From an uncultured delta proteobacterium (GTDB lineage: Bacteria; Desulfobacterota; Binatia; Binatales; Binataceae), in the NCBI GenBank assembly GCA_963765675.1, contig CAVXXK010000003.1, positions 160,001 through 224,000 of the forward strand: a DNA stretch of 64,000 nucleotides, given 5' to 3'. The notes beneath the pieces are model-generated. The model did not search any database and was not told where the DNA came from. It was given only the letters and a program-made list of their open reading frames with translations. A program made the position numbers and the translations under genes. Shown here in pieces: positions 1 through 9,807 of the stretch (its first letter is position 1; each line of letters opens with the position of its first letter).

Positions 1-84
1 ATGAAGGCATTCGGCGGCAAGATCGGCGCGCTGCTCGAAGGGCGGCCGGAAATTCACGTGCTGACTGAAATCGCGCACAAGTAA
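1..84 (+). CDS. 3' end of a small protein running in from the left edge (possibly antibiotic biosynthesis monooxygenase-like)
   Basis: Open frame ...MKAFGGKIGALLEGRPEIHVLTEIAHK* ends at TAA 82-84 and is followed by a terminator; product is a guess from the C-terminal pattern. Confidence 0.45.
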   Translation: MKAFGGKIGALLEGRPEIHVLTEIAHK

Positions 85-104
85 ATCCTCGAGAGAATCG
101 GCAG

Positions 105-136
105 CGGGCGGCGGGCATTCGCCGCCCGTTTTTTTT
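105..136 (+). terminator. Rho-independent terminator
   Basis: Perfect 9-bp stem cgggcggcg/cgccgcccg followed by a T8 run. Confidence 0.8.
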
Positions 137-178
137 CGCGGTTTCGCCGGCGAATCGCGCGCGCTATAGATCGATCCG

Positions 179-1438
179 ATGGCTTCACGGCTCGCAATTC
201 TTGGCGGAGAAGCGCTTCGCACGCGAGCGTTCACGCGATGGCCGGTCTTCGACGATCGCGAGCGTGCGCAGCTCGAAGACGTTTTGAGCTCCGCGAATTG
301 GGGCGGCTATCCTTCTCCGAATCGCAAGGCCGCCGAGCTCGAAGCGCGCTTCGCCGCGATGCAGACTGCGCGCTTCGCGATCGCGACCACCTCTGGCACC
401 TCGGCGCTCGAAGTGGCTCTGAAAGCCCTCGCCATCGGCCCCGGTGACGAGGTGATCGTCCCGGCAATCACCTTCGCCGCGACCGCATATGCTCCCGTCG
501 CGTGCATGGCGCGCCCGGTCTTTGCCGACGTCGATCCCGCGACCGCCTGTATCGACACCGCATCGGTCGCGCGGCTCATCACGCGCCGCACCAAGGCGAT
601 CATCCCGGTGCATTACGGCGCGAGCGCCGCCGACCTGGACGCACTCACCGCGCTCGCGCGCGAGCGCTCGATCCCGATCGTCGAGGATTGCGCGCACGTT
701 CCGGGCGCAAGATGGCGCGAGCGCGGACTCGGCGCGTGGGGCGCGCTCGGATGCTTCAGCTTCCAGTCGAGCAAGCCGATGACCGCCGGCGAGGGCGGCA
801 TGATCATCACCGACGATCCCGACCTCGAGCAGCGCTGCCAGTCGCTGGTCAACTGCGGACGACGCCGCCCCGGCGACACATTCGAAACTCCACTGCTCGG
901 CGCGAACTACCGGATGTCCGAATGGCAATGCGGTGTGCTGCTGGCGCAGCTCGAGCGGCTGCCCGAACAGATCGAGCGCAAGAGCCGCAATGCCGAGCGC
1001 CTGCGCGCCGGGCTGAACGCGATCAAAGGACTCCGCGCGGTGGCCCGCGACCCGCGTCTGACGCGCGAGACGATCTACGCGTTCATCTTCATGGTCGACG
1101 AGGCCGCGCTCGGTGTTTCGCGCAATCGCTTCGTGCGCGCGCTCCGCTCCGAAGGTATTCCGTGCGGCGTCGGCAACGATCCGGTTTATCGCTCCGCGCT
1201 GTTCCCCGCAGAATCCGCGCCCTATCGCACCGCGTGCGAGCTCGCCGGCGCGCCGAATCCTCGGCCGCCCGATTGTCCGGTTGCCGAAAACGTTTTCGAA
1301 CATGCGATGGCGGCGATACCGCACGAGGTGCTGCTGGGCGACGAGCGCGACGTTGACGACGTGATCGCTGCCGCGCGCAAGATCGCGGATCACGCGGCGG
1401 AGCTGCGCACCGCCAAGCTCGAGCGCACGCCGCAATGA
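179..1438 (+). CDS. DegT/DnrJ/EryC1/StrS family PLP-dependent aminotransferase
   Basis: SGTSAL, GPGDEVIVP, VEDCAH, FSFQSSKPMTAGEGG (PLP lysine) and GANYRM motifs. Confidence 0.9.
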   Translation: MASRLAILGGEALRTRAFTRWPVFDDRERAQLEDVLSSANWGGYPSPNRKAAELEARFAAMQTARFAIATTSGTSALEVALKALAIGPGDEVIVPAITFAATAYAPVACMARPVFADVDPATACIDTASVARLITRRTKAIIPVHYGASAADLDALTALARERSIPIVEDCAHVPGARWRERGLGAWGALGCFSFQSSKPMTAGEGGMIITDDPDLEQRCQSLVNCGRRRPGDTFETPLLGANYRMSEWQCGVLLAQLERLPEQIERKSRNAERLRAGLNAIKGLRAVARDPRLTRETIYAFIFMVDEAALGVSRNRFVRALRSEGIPCGVGNDPVYRSALFPAESAPYRTACELAGAPNPRPPDCPVAENVFEHAMAAIPHEVLLGDERDVDDVIAAARKIADHAAELRTAKLERTPQ

Positions 1439-2799
1439 ACCGGCTTCACGCGGGAGCGGCGCGTATCCGGCTCGAACCTCCGCTCGGCCTTGGGATGCTC
1501 GGGTATGGCTCGCGCGTCGGGCGCGCAACCGGCGTGCATGACGATCTCTGCGCGCAGGCGCTCGTGATTGGCGCCGGCGCGGGCAAGCTCGCGCTGTGCG
1601 GCGTCGATCTCCTCGCGATTGGCAAACGGATCGCCGACGAAATCTGTTCGATTGTAGCGGCGCAGAGCGACATTCCTGCCGACGCGATACTGATCAGTGC
1701 GACGCATACGCATTCGGCTCCCGCCTTCAATATCTTTGCGACTCCCCGCGCGGACGCGAAGGTCGCCGACGACCGCAGCCTCGAGTGGGAGCGCGCACTG
1801 CCCGGAAAAATTGCCGAGGCGATCATCGCCGCCAATCGCGCACTCGAACCCGCCGTGCTCAAGACCGCGCGTGCGCGGTTCACGCTCGGCACGAATCGGC
1901 GGCTTTTGCGCGCCGACGGCCAAATCCAGCTCGCGGCCAACTATGCGGGCGTCGCTGACGACGCCGCGGTCGCGGTCGGCGCGTTTCGCCCCGACGGCAG
2001 CGCGATCGCAGCGATACTCAACTATCCCTGCCACGGCGTCGTGCTGTGCGAGGACAACCTGCTCTACTCGCGCGACTGGATGGGCTTCGCCATCGACGAG
2101 ATCGAGCGCGGACTTCCGCGCGGTGCTGGCGCGGCGCCGATCGCGATCTTCATGCAGGGCGCGACCGGCAATATCGATCCGCGAAGCCGCGGCAGCTTCG
2201 AGGTCGCAGCCGATTGGGGCCATGCGGCGGGACGCGCGATCGCGCTGGCGCTCGCCACGGCACCGGAGCTTGAGGCGTCGGCGATTGTGGGCCGCCGGAT
2301 CAATCTGAAACTGAAGCTCAAGCCCGTCGCGGACGCGCTCGCGATCGCGCGCGCGTGCGCCGCGCAGACCGAGGCGTCGCTGGCGAACCATCGCGGCGGC
2401 GAGGGCCGCCAGTTAAAGCGTCTGCGCGATCATCATCAGCAATCGCTCGACGCGATTCGCGCGCTCGAAGGGCTCGAGGAGACCAACCGGCGCGACAAGC
2501 GCGTCGATCTCGCACGCGGCGAGATGGCGACCAGCATGAGCTTGTTCGCGCTAGGCGATCTCGCGATCGTCGGCATCCCCGGCGAGGCATTCGTGGAGTT
2601 CGGTCTCGCTCTGCGCGCGAATGCTTATTTCGCGCACACGCTCGTCGCCTGTTACTGCAATGACCTGGTCGGTTACCTCCCGACGCGAGAGGCGTATGCG
2701 CAGGGCGGCTACGAAGTGGAAACCGCGCGCGTCGCCGAGGGCTCCGGCGAGGCGATCGTCGCCACCGCGCTCGAAGTCATGCGAGAGCTCGCGCCGTAG
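1435..2799 (+). CDS. Neutral/alkaline non-lysosomal ceramidase N-terminal domain protein (amidohydrolase-like)
   Basis: GVHDDL, ISATHTHSAP, NYPCHG, QGATGNIDP, GIPGEAF and GYLPT..GGYE motifs; ATGA overlap with the upstream gene. Confidence 0.8.
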   Translation: MNRLHAGAARIRLEPPLGLGMLGYGSRVGRATGVHDDLCAQALVIGAGAGKLALCGVDLLAIGKRIADEICSIVAAQSDIPADAILISATHTHSAPAFNIFATPRADAKVADDRSLEWERALPGKIAEAIIAANRALEPAVLKTARARFTLGTNRRLLRADGQIQLAANYAGVADDAAVAVGAFRPDGSAIAAILNYPCHGVVLCEDNLLYSRDWMGFAIDEIERGLPRGAGAAPIAIFMQGATGNIDPRSRGSFEVAADWGHAAGRAIALALATAPELEASAIVGRRINLKLKLKPVADALAIARACAAQTEASLANHRGGEGRQLKRLRDHHQQSLDAIRALEGLEETNRRDKRVDLARGEMATSMSLFALGDLAIVGIPGEAFVEFGLALRANAYFAHTLVACYCNDLVGYLPTREAYAQGGYEVETARVAEGSGEAIVATALEVMRELAP

Positions 2800-2809
2800 C
2801 GAGGCGAAC

Positions 2810-3796
2810 ATGCCGCGGACGATCCTGATGGGCGATCCGGCGCACTTCTCGGTGCGCGGCGGCGCAAATCCTCACACCCGCAACGCGCTCGGCCTCCGCA
2901 AGCGCGTCGACGCGGACCGGGCGCGCGCGCAGTGGCATGCGCTCGCGCGAGAGCTCGTCGCCCGCGGCGTCGAAGTCTGCGTCATTGCGCCGGACGCGCA
3001 TCGCACCGGCCTGGTCTATCCGGCCAACGCGGGATTTCTTTTTCCGCTCGAAGGCGGCGGCGAGAAGATTTTCCATCTGTCGCATCTATTGCCGACGCGT
3101 GCCGCCGAGATCGAGGTCTATCGATCTTTCATCCGCGCGATGGGCTATCAGACACACGATATCGCGGCGCCGTTCGAGGGCGAGGCGGATTTCTTTCCGG
3201 CCGGCCATTTCATGCTCTTCACTCACGGACGCGTCGAGCGTCAGCGCTTCGTCGCGCGCGTCGGAATTCCGCCGTGGAAACGCGTGTACGGTTTCCGCTC
3301 CGATATCGGCGCGCTCGACGAGCTCACGAGCGCCGCGCCCGGCCGCACCATCCTGCCGCTCGAGCTCGCACTCGAAGCGCACTATCACGGCGACACCGTC
3401 CTGTGCTCATTCGGGTCCGCGCGCGAATATCTGCTCGCATATATGGAAGGTCTGGCTGAAGCGTCGCGCGAGCGGCTCAAGGCGGAATTCGGCGACCGCC
3501 TGATCGCGCTGAGCGACGCCGACGCGGCGTTGTACGCGGCGAATTCGTTCCAGAGCGAATTTAATGCGATACTTTATCTTTTCATGCCGCGCGGCGTCAG
3601 CGCCGGACTGCTCGCCGCGGTGCGCGAGCGCGGCGTCGAGCCGGTCCTGTGCGACGCGAGCGAGTTTCTGGCCAAAGGCGGCGGCTCGATCAAATGCATG
3701 ATCCTCGACCTCGGTCCGCGCGAGGAGCAGCCCGCCGCCGGCGCAAAGTTCCGCGCCGAGCACAGCTACGAAACGATGATCCAAAAGCCGCGCTGA
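2810..3796 (+). CDS. Amidinotransferase / arginine dihydrolase-DDAH (pentein) family protein
   Basis: ATG 2810 after GAGG; ILM.P..F.V, NP, VYPANAG, FEGEAD, YHGDT and GGGSIKC catalytic-type motifs. Confidence 0.8.
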   Translation: MPRTILMGDPAHFSVRGGANPHTRNALGLRKRVDADRARAQWHALARELVARGVEVCVIAPDAHRTGLVYPANAGFLFPLEGGGEKIFHLSHLLPTRAAEIEVYRSFIRAMGYQTHDIAAPFEGEADFFPAGHFMLFTHGRVERQRFVARVGIPPWKRVYGFRSDIGALDELTSAAPGRTILPLELALEAHYHGDTVLCSFGSAREYLLAYMEGLAEASRERLKAEFGDRLIALSDADAALYAANSFQSEFNAILYLFMPRGVSAGLLAAVRERGVEPVLCDASEFLAKGGGSIKCMILDLGPREEQPAAGAKFRAEHSYETMIQKPR

Positions 3797-4000
3797 GCGG
3801 ATGCAAAGCGGACGTAGTGCTCGAACCAGTGAAAGCGATGCAGAGGTCCTCATGTCTACCCCTGCGAGCCCAACCGAAGGAAACCTTTGCATCACCTTCC
3901 TGAAGACTGAGATACCCTCTCCTTGTCCAAGGAGAGGGATCAAGGGAGAGGTCATTTGCTCTAGCCACGAATTAGTTGTGCAAAGCTCTCCGAAAAGGGA

Positions 4001-4084
4001 AATCCCGGGGCGGAGGAGCACTGCATGTGGCGTCGACGTGGAGCACGGACGCCTCGGGATTTCTCGCCTATGGCTCGAAATGAC
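4001..4084. repeat. Partial copy of palindromic repeat family A
   Basis: aatcccggggcgg...gagcacggacgcctcgggatttctcgcctatggctcgaaatgac matches about 63458-63540 and the reverse complement of 31553-31635. Confidence 0.7.
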
Positions 4085-4120
4085 GGTCGAGAGCGCTGCG
4101 GACCATACGACAGCGTCCGT

Positions 4121-4615
4121 CTAGCGCGCGATCAAGCCGTCGTTCGAGATATCGAGAGCCATCGCGCATTCGCGCGCGAGTTCTTCCGGATGCGCACGAT
4201 AGTACTCGACCTCGGGCGCGCCGCGCAGCGCATTCATCAGGCGCTCGGGCGCGCCTTCGGAGAATCCGAAGCGCTCAAAAAAATTGCGCAGTTCCGGATA
4301 CGCGAACAAATAGAGCGTGCGCGCGCCGCGCGTGTGCGCGGCCTTGCGCGCATCGGCGATCAGCCGTGCCGCAACTCCTCGATGACGCATCGCTTCGATC
4401 ACATGCAGCGAGCGAATCAGGGCCGCGTCGATCTTTGGCTCGACGCCGATCACTCCGACCGCGGCGTCACCGAAGAACGCCATCAGGTAGCACGCGGCCG
4501 GCCACTCGACGCCGTCGGTGATCATCCTGCCCGCTTCGAGGAACGCGCGCACCGCCGCGATATCTCGCGTCTGTTCGATTACGAGTTCGCCCGCGCGATG
4601 CCGCCGTATTGCCAT
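4121..4615 (-). CDS. GNAT family N-acetyltransferase
   Basis: LIRSLHVIEAMRHRGVAARL acetyl-CoA motif A and FFERFGF; start taken at MAIRRH. Confidence 0.8.
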   Translation of the reverse strand: MAIRRHRAGELVIEQTRDIAAVRAFLEAGRMITDGVEWPAACYLMAFFGDAAVGVIGVEPKIDAALIRSLHVIEAMRHRGVAARLIADARKAAHTRGARTLYLFAYPELRNFFERFGFSEGAPERLMNALRGAPEVEYYRAHPEELARECAMALDISNDGLIAR

Positions 4616-4628
4616 CGATACTGACCCG

Positions 4629-5234
4629 TCACGACAAGGAGGCACGTCCGCCGACGAACATTCCGCGCAGCGAAGTACGCAGGTCTTCAATCTTAAAGCC
4701 GGCGCGAGCGAGCGCCGCGGCGGTATCGCGATTCGGATGGCATCCCGCGAACGTGCGCGACCATAGCGGATCGATCACGTCCTGAATTGTGGCGAGCACG
4801 CGGCCCGGCGCGCGCACGTGCTCGACGAAGTAGAGCTTGGCCCCCGGCTTGAGCACGCGGGAGATTTCCGCCAGCGCCGCCGAGTTGTCGGGAATCGTGC
4901 AGAGAACGAGGCACGCAACCGCCGCGTCAAATGTCGCGTCGCGAAATGGCAGCCGCTGCCCGTCACCGGCAATCGGATCGATCTTCGCCGCGACCGAACG
5001 CGCGCGCGGAATCGAGCGCCGCAGCATCTCCCAATCCGGCTCGACGCCGACGACGTGAGCGTCGGGCGGGTAGTAGCGGAAGTTTAGCCCGTTGCCGAAA
5101 CCGACCTCGAGCACGCGGCCCCAGAGCGATCCGACCAGCCGCGAGCGCATCTGGTCGCCGCCCTTGCGGTCCCCGCGCGCGCTCAGCGTTTCGTAGAACC
5201 ACGCGAAGACGGGATGTTCGTGCGGCGAGCGCAT
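4629..5234 (-). CDS. Class I SAM-dependent methyltransferase
   Basis: VLEVGFGNG, LPFRDATFD and RVLKPG motifs. Confidence 0.88.
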   Translation of the reverse strand: MRSPHEHPVFAWFYETLSARGDRKGGDQMRSRLVGSLWGRVLEVGFGNGLNFRYYPPDAHVVGVEPDWEMLRRSIPRARSVAAKIDPIAGDGQRLPFRDATFDAAVACLVLCTIPDNSAALAEISRVLKPGAKLYFVEHVRAPGRVLATIQDVIDPLWSRTFAGCHPNRDTAAALARAGFKIEDLRTSLRGMFVGGRASLS

Positions 5235-5244
5235 CGCGTGCCGG

Positions 5245-5478
5245 TCACTTCTTCGGTGGCGGAAAAAGCTGCGCGCCGCTGTCAGCGTCAACCACGGTGA
5301 TCGCCTTGACCGGACATCCGCGCGCCGCGGCGACGATCGTCGCGTCGGGAGCGCCCGCGGGATTTATCACCTGGGACTTTTCGTTCTCGTCCATCTGAAA
5401 CACTGCCGGCGCGGTCTCGACGCAATCGCCGCTGCCGACGCATCGCGCCTGATTGACGGTAATCATGAGCTTGGCCAT
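5245..5478 (-). CDS. Ferredoxin (3Fe-4S type)
   Basis: CVGSGDCVETAP...GCPVKAI; second cysteine replaced by Ser. Confidence 0.85.
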   Translation of the reverse strand: MAKLMITVNQARCVGSGDCVETAPAVFQMDENEKSQVINPAGAPDATIVAAARGCPVKAITVVDADSGAQLFPPPKK

Positions 5479-5582
5479 CTCCGGAACCTCCACGCGTCTC
5501 GCAAACGCACAATAGCGCGGCACGTTGAAACGCGCGACCGCGCCGACGATACTGGCGCTCGGAGCGCGTGCGCGGAAATCTG

Positions 5583-5975
5583 ATGTCGCGAATCATAGGC
5601 ACCGGCATAGACGTGATCGAGGTCGAGCGGATCGCGCAGGCGCTCGCGCGAGAGCGCACCGGCGCGCGTTTTCGCGCCCGCGTCTTCACCGCGCGCGAGG
5701 TCGCGTACTGCGAGTCGCGCGGCGTCGCGCGCTTCCAGAGCTATGCAGCCCGGTTCGCGTCCAAGGAAGCCGCGATGAAGGCGATGGGCACGGGATGGAA
5801 CCGCAACGTCGGATGGAGCGAGATCGAAGTGGTGCGTGAGCGTGGAAAAGCCCCGACGATCCTGCTCCACGGCAAATCGGCGGCGTTCGCCGCGCGCCGC
5901 GGCATCACCATCTTTCACTTGAGCATCACGCACACGACGCGCGAGGCAATCGCGCACGTGATCGCAGAAGGATAA
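5583..5975 (+). CDS. acpS: Holo-ACP synthase
   Basis: GIDVIEVERI, ARFASKEAAMKAMGTG and LSITH motifs. Confidence 0.95.
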   Translation: MSRIIGTGIDVIEVERIAQALARERTGARFRARVFTAREVAYCESRGVARFQSYAARFASKEAAMKAMGTGWNRNVGWSEIEVVRERGKAPTILLHGKSAAFAARRGITIFHLSITHTTREAIAHVIAEG

Positions 5976-5977
5976 AC

Positions 5978-7402
5978 CTACTTCGCGGCGGACGGCGAGG
6001 CCGCCGGCGTGGCGGCAACCTGCGCGCGGAACACCGCGGCCGGCTTGTCGAACTGGCTGAAGCTGAAATCGCTCATCGAGTAAACCGCGCGGCTCGCCGT
6101 CGAGGTGGTGTAGTACTCGGTCTTCGGCTCGGGCTTCTGGCCGGGCTCCGACGGTTTCGATTGCACGGTAATCTTTGAAAATTTGATCGTGCCAATCGGC
6201 TTTCCATCTTTGCCGATCAACGTGACGGCGGCCTGCGGTGTGTCGAGTCCGAACGGCTTCGGCGACGGCATCGGGTCGGCGACGATCGACACGCCCTTGA
6301 GTTCGCGGATCTCGTCGAGGAAGCGCTCGACCACCGGCACGTCGGCGGGCGCGGTGCTCGCGCCCTCGACCACGTCCCACTTGCCGCCCGCGGCTCGCTT
6401 GAGCGTGAACTGGTCCTTATCCACCGTCACCTCGGCGCTCTGCACCGACGACGGCTCGAAGCTGAACACGGTCTTGTCGCGCAGATCGAGCGCCGACCGG
6501 TTGACCGCGTTCAGCACCCACTCGTGCACCGTGTAAACCGGAGTGCCTTCTCCGCGCCGCACGTAAATTCCGTCCTTGCCCTGCTCGGTCTGCTTGAAGC
6601 CGAACAGCAGCGACTCCTCCGCGCCGTTCTTGTTGTAGACGGTGATCGTCAGATGCGGTTTTTCCAGTCCGTATTGAGAGACGCTTGTCGGCGCGTCGGC
6701 GATAAAGTCGGCGACCTTGACCTCGAGCAGCGAGCTCAGGAGCTGGCGGACCTGGGTCGGATCGGCGGGATAATTCCCAGGCTTGGTGATTTTCCACTTG
6801 TCGCCGTCGCGCACGACATCGATGATCGAGCCATCATCTTTGGCCAGCGTGAAGTGCGATACGTCGCCGATCTTGAAAGTCAGCAGGTCGCGTTTGCGCA
6901 ACTGATCGACGGTCTTGTTCATCCCGGAGGGAAACGCCGACGAGGTGAGCATCACCGCGTCCTTTCCGACGCGCATCACGTATGCGCTGAACCCGACCGG
7001 CGTGGTCTTGCCGACCTCGATCGGCGCAAGCGTCTTTCCTTCGAAGGTCGTCACCGTGATGACGACCGCGGGCTTCGCGAGGCCAAACGGCGCCAGGTCG
7101 GACGCCTTGTCTTCGACCGTCTTGGTGATCTGCGCGTTGGCAACGGCGCGCGCGAGATTGTTGACCGGGGTTTGATCGGCGTCCACGCCAATCGGCTTGA
7201 CGATCCGCCACAGTCCGCCCTTGGGCCGCTCGACGGTGAGCATGCGGTCGGGATACTTGAGCTCGATCTTCGCGATATCGTCGGCCTTGACTCCGAGCAG
7301 CTTTTCGGCCGGCAGCGGCCGCGAGTAGCGGTTCATGACAAACGCGTAGCCGCCGATAATCAGCAGCACGACCAGAGCGATGATCGTATTTCGCGGACGC
7401 AT
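5978..7402 (-). CDS. DUF4340 domain protein (periplasmic, Gld-like ABC associated)
   Basis: N-terminal TM anchor, three repeats with W..P / FGL.KP motifs, typical position after a GldG-like gene. Confidence 0.8.
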   Translation of the reverse strand: MRPRNTIIALVVLLIIGGYAFVMNRYSRPLPAEKLLGVKADDIAKIELKYPDRMLTVERPKGGLWRIVKPIGVDADQTPVNNLARAVANAQITKTVEDKASDLAPFGLAKPAVVITVTTFEGKTLAPIEVGKTTPVGFSAYVMRVGKDAVMLTSSAFPSGMNKTVDQLRKRDLLTFKIGDVSHFTLAKDDGSIIDVVRDGDKWKITKPGNYPADPTQVRQLLSSLLEVKVADFIADAPTSVSQYGLEKPHLTITVYNKNGAEESLLFGFKQTEQGKDGIYVRRGEGTPVYTVHEWVLNAVNRSALDLRDKTVFSFEPSSVQSAEVTVDKDQFTLKRAAGGKWDVVEGASTAPADVPVVERFLDEIRELKGVSIVADPMPSPKPFGLDTPQAAVTLIGKDGKPIGTIKFSKITVQSKPSEPGQKPEPKTEYYTTSTASRAVYSMSDFSFSQFDKPAAVFRAQVAATPAASPSAAK

Positions 7403-7429
7403 CGAAAACGTTGAGTCGGCTAACGCGGC

Positions 7430-8995
7430 TTAATTGCGCCGCTCCCACCACACCGCAATTCCCAGGATCAACAGCATCTCCGGCAACAGCAGCACCGAGA
7501 ATGCGAACACGATGCTGAACTGATCGACCGTCAGCCGGAACCGCGACGCGCGCAGCGAGCGCGGCCGGATCGAGATCGAGTTTTCCTCGCCCGCCAGCCA
7601 ATCCGCGCTGTTCACGAAAAAATCGCGGTTGAAAAAATTCGTGATGTGCTGGTTGTTGATAAAATCGGTGCTGCCGAACACCACCATCCGCGCCTCGCCC
7701 TTGCCCCATCCGAGCTGCGCGAGGTCTCCTTGCACCGCGGCGGCAACCGTAATCGGTCCGCGCGTATCCTTGGCGTCGAGCGAGGCCTTCTGCTGCTCGA
7801 ACAGCGTCTTCAAATCGGTCTCGGCCCACGAGGTATCGCTGGTCTTGCCGAGCGCGGTGACTTGCAGACCCGGCTTCAGGTTCGGTTCGATCGTCAGCGA
7901 GCGCGACATCGAGAACACCGTGCGCTGCTTGAAATCCTTGGTTATAGGATGCACGCCGTAGTCCTGCACGATCGGATCGAGTCCGAGGGCCGGCCCCGCG
8001 AACAGGCGCACGACCTGATCGACCACGATATCGTCGCCGACCGTCACACCCCACTGCCCCACCATCGAGACCAGCGCGTGTTCATCGACCGATCCGTCAG
8101 GCTTTTCCGGCCGGAACATCGCGATCACGCGGCCGCCATTCTTCAGATAGTCGTTCAGCGAGTCGATCTCGTGCGAGTCGAGCGGCTTCTCAGGACCCGC
8201 GATGGCAACCATCGTCGCGTCAGCCGGAACCTTGGGCGCCTGCGCGAGCACCAGCTTTTCAACCTCAAACCCTTCCCCCTCAAGGTCGGTCTTGAGCTGG
8301 CCGTATCCGGTCGGGTCCTGCGCGTCATCAGTATCGGCTTCGCCCTCGCCGTCAAGAAAGTAGATGACCTTCTTGGTGCTCTTGGTGACGCGGATGATCG
8401 CGTTGGTGAGCGCTTCCTCGCTGAGCTCGGTCACGTTGGAGCCGGCGCCTTTTTCGTCGTCGCCGTACTGGATATGAGTCGTGTTCATGACCGTGACTTT
8501 GTATTTCTCGGCGAGTTCCGGATGCTTGTCGGGATCGACGAGCTGGTAGGTGACCTTGGGCGACGCGTACGCATAGGTCGAGTACAACTCACGCGCCTGC
8601 GCGTTCTCGCCGCCGGCGAAGAAGCCGATCAGTTTCAGCGGCTGCTTGAGGTTCTTGACCGCCTGGGTCGATTGCGATGACAGGCTGTAAACTTTCTCGG
8701 CGGTCAGATCGAGCCGCCGATGATGCAGCGTCGAGATGTAGTTGACCGCGATCACGATACAGACGAATGCGACGGTGTACACCGCCGCGTTGGCGCCGTA
8801 ACGCGCCGAGCGCTGCCCGACCAAGCCCGACAACGCCGAGCGGCTCGAGGTGATCCATAGCACCAGCGCGAAGATGCCGCCGACCAGGTTGACCCACACG
8901 AAGAGCCGGAACCCGGGCGCGATCCGCAGATCGATCAACCCGAAAATGATCAGGACCAGTCCTATAAGTCCGTACAGTGCCGCCGACCGCCGCAT
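7430..8995 (-). CDS. GldG family / ABC-type uncharacterised transport auxiliary component
   Basis: N-terminal TMs, DLTAEKVYSLS, IAGPEKP, NRDFFVNSADWL and a C-terminal TM ending WWERR. Confidence 0.85.
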   Translation of the reverse strand: MRRSAALYGLIGLVLIIFGLIDLRIAPGFRLFVWVNLVGGIFALVLWITSSRSALSGLVGQRSARYGANAAVYTVAFVCIVIAVNYISTLHHRRLDLTAEKVYSLSSQSTQAVKNLKQPLKLIGFFAGGENAQARELYSTYAYASPKVTYQLVDPDKHPELAEKYKVTVMNTTHIQYGDDEKGAGSNVTELSEEALTNAIIRVTKSTKKVIYFLDGEGEADTDDAQDPTGYGQLKTDLEGEGFEVEKLVLAQAPKVPADATMVAIAGPEKPLDSHEIDSLNDYLKNGGRVIAMFRPEKPDGSVDEHALVSMVGQWGVTVGDDIVVDQVVRLFAGPALGLDPIVQDYGVHPITKDFKQRTVFSMSRSLTIEPNLKPGLQVTALGKTSDTSWAETDLKTLFEQQKASLDAKDTRGPITVAAAVQGDLAQLGWGKGEARMVVFGSTDFINNQHITNFFNRDFFVNSADWLAGEENSISIRPRSLRASRFRLTVDQFSIVFAFSVLLLPEMLLILGIAVWWERRN

Positions 8996-9012
8996 CCCGT
9001 CTCCCCTTTCCC

Positions 9013-9789
9013 TTAACGCCAGCGCGCCGACTCAACCGCACGCTGGGTCAGGAACAGCGCGACGATGATGAGGCTTAAGAAATATACCAGGTCCTTGGTG
9101 TCGATCACTCCGATGACCATCTGCGAGAAATGCTCGGTGACCGAAAGATAACGCAGCACTCCCGCCGACCATCCCGCCGCTCCGGTCTGCGCCGGCCACG
9201 AGATCACGAACAGCAGGAGCAGCGAGCCGAATCCGGCAATCGCGGCAACGATCTGATTCTGGGTGATCGAGCTGGTGAAGAGGCCCACCGCCGCGAACGA
9301 GATCGCCAGCAGCGCGAGCCCGATATATCCCGAAACCATCACGCCGATTTCCGGATTGCCGAAGCCGATCAGAATCAGTGGAAAGATTCCCGCAAGTCCG
9401 ATCATGATGAGCAAAAAGGCCGACGCCGCGATAAACTTGCCCGCGACGATCTCGCCGGTGCGAATCGGCGCGGTGAGCAGGAGCTCGTAGGTGCCGACGC
9501 GCTTTTCCTCCGCGAACGTGCGCATCGTGACCGCCGGAACCAGGATCACCAGGATAATCGAAAGGTTGTGCAATAGCGGCTCGATCACGCGATCGTTGAG
9601 ATTCAGATGCGCCAGCAGCTCCGGATTCTGCGCCGCCGAGTACATCTGGAGGGTTATCTGGAAATAACTCAGCAACTCGAAGAAAAAGAATCCCCCGAGC
9701 AGCAGAAACACCGTCATCACCACGTAGGCAACGGGCTGTACGAAATACTGGGCCAGCTCCTTGCCTGCGATCGTCAGAGCATTCTTCAT
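9013..9789 (-). CDS. ABC-2 type permease (GldF-like)
   Basis: TMRTFAEEKRVGTYELLLTAP...GKF motif, about 6 TM segments. Confidence 0.88.
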   Translation of the reverse strand: MKNALTIAGKELAQYFVQPVAYVVMTVFLLLGGFFFFELLSYFQITLQMYSAAQNPELLAHLNLNDRVIEPLLHNLSIILVILVPAVTMRTFAEEKRVGTYELLLTAPIRTGEIVAGKFIAASAFLLIMIGLAGIFPLILIGFGNPEIGVMVSGYIGLALLAISFAAVGLFTSSITQNQIVAAIAGFGSLLLLFVISWPAQTGAAGWSAGVLRYLSVTEHFSQMVIGVIDTKDLVYFLSLIIVALFLTQRAVESARWR

Positions 9790-9807
9790 CGTCCAATCGC
9801 GAGCGCC

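Noticed and set aside
185-1528. Long antisense or alternate-frame ORFs (for example 185-1528, 18658-19998, 21588-22895, 38265-39587, 48423-49679, 59518-60840)
   Set aside because: Arg/Ala-rich shadows of real genes, expected at high GC, with no recognisable motifs
3801-4124. Short ORFs in repeat-rich intergenic regions (3801-4124, 17682-18077, 40964-41353, 62900-63539)
   Set aside because: They translate palindromic repeats and lack an RBS or protein-like composition
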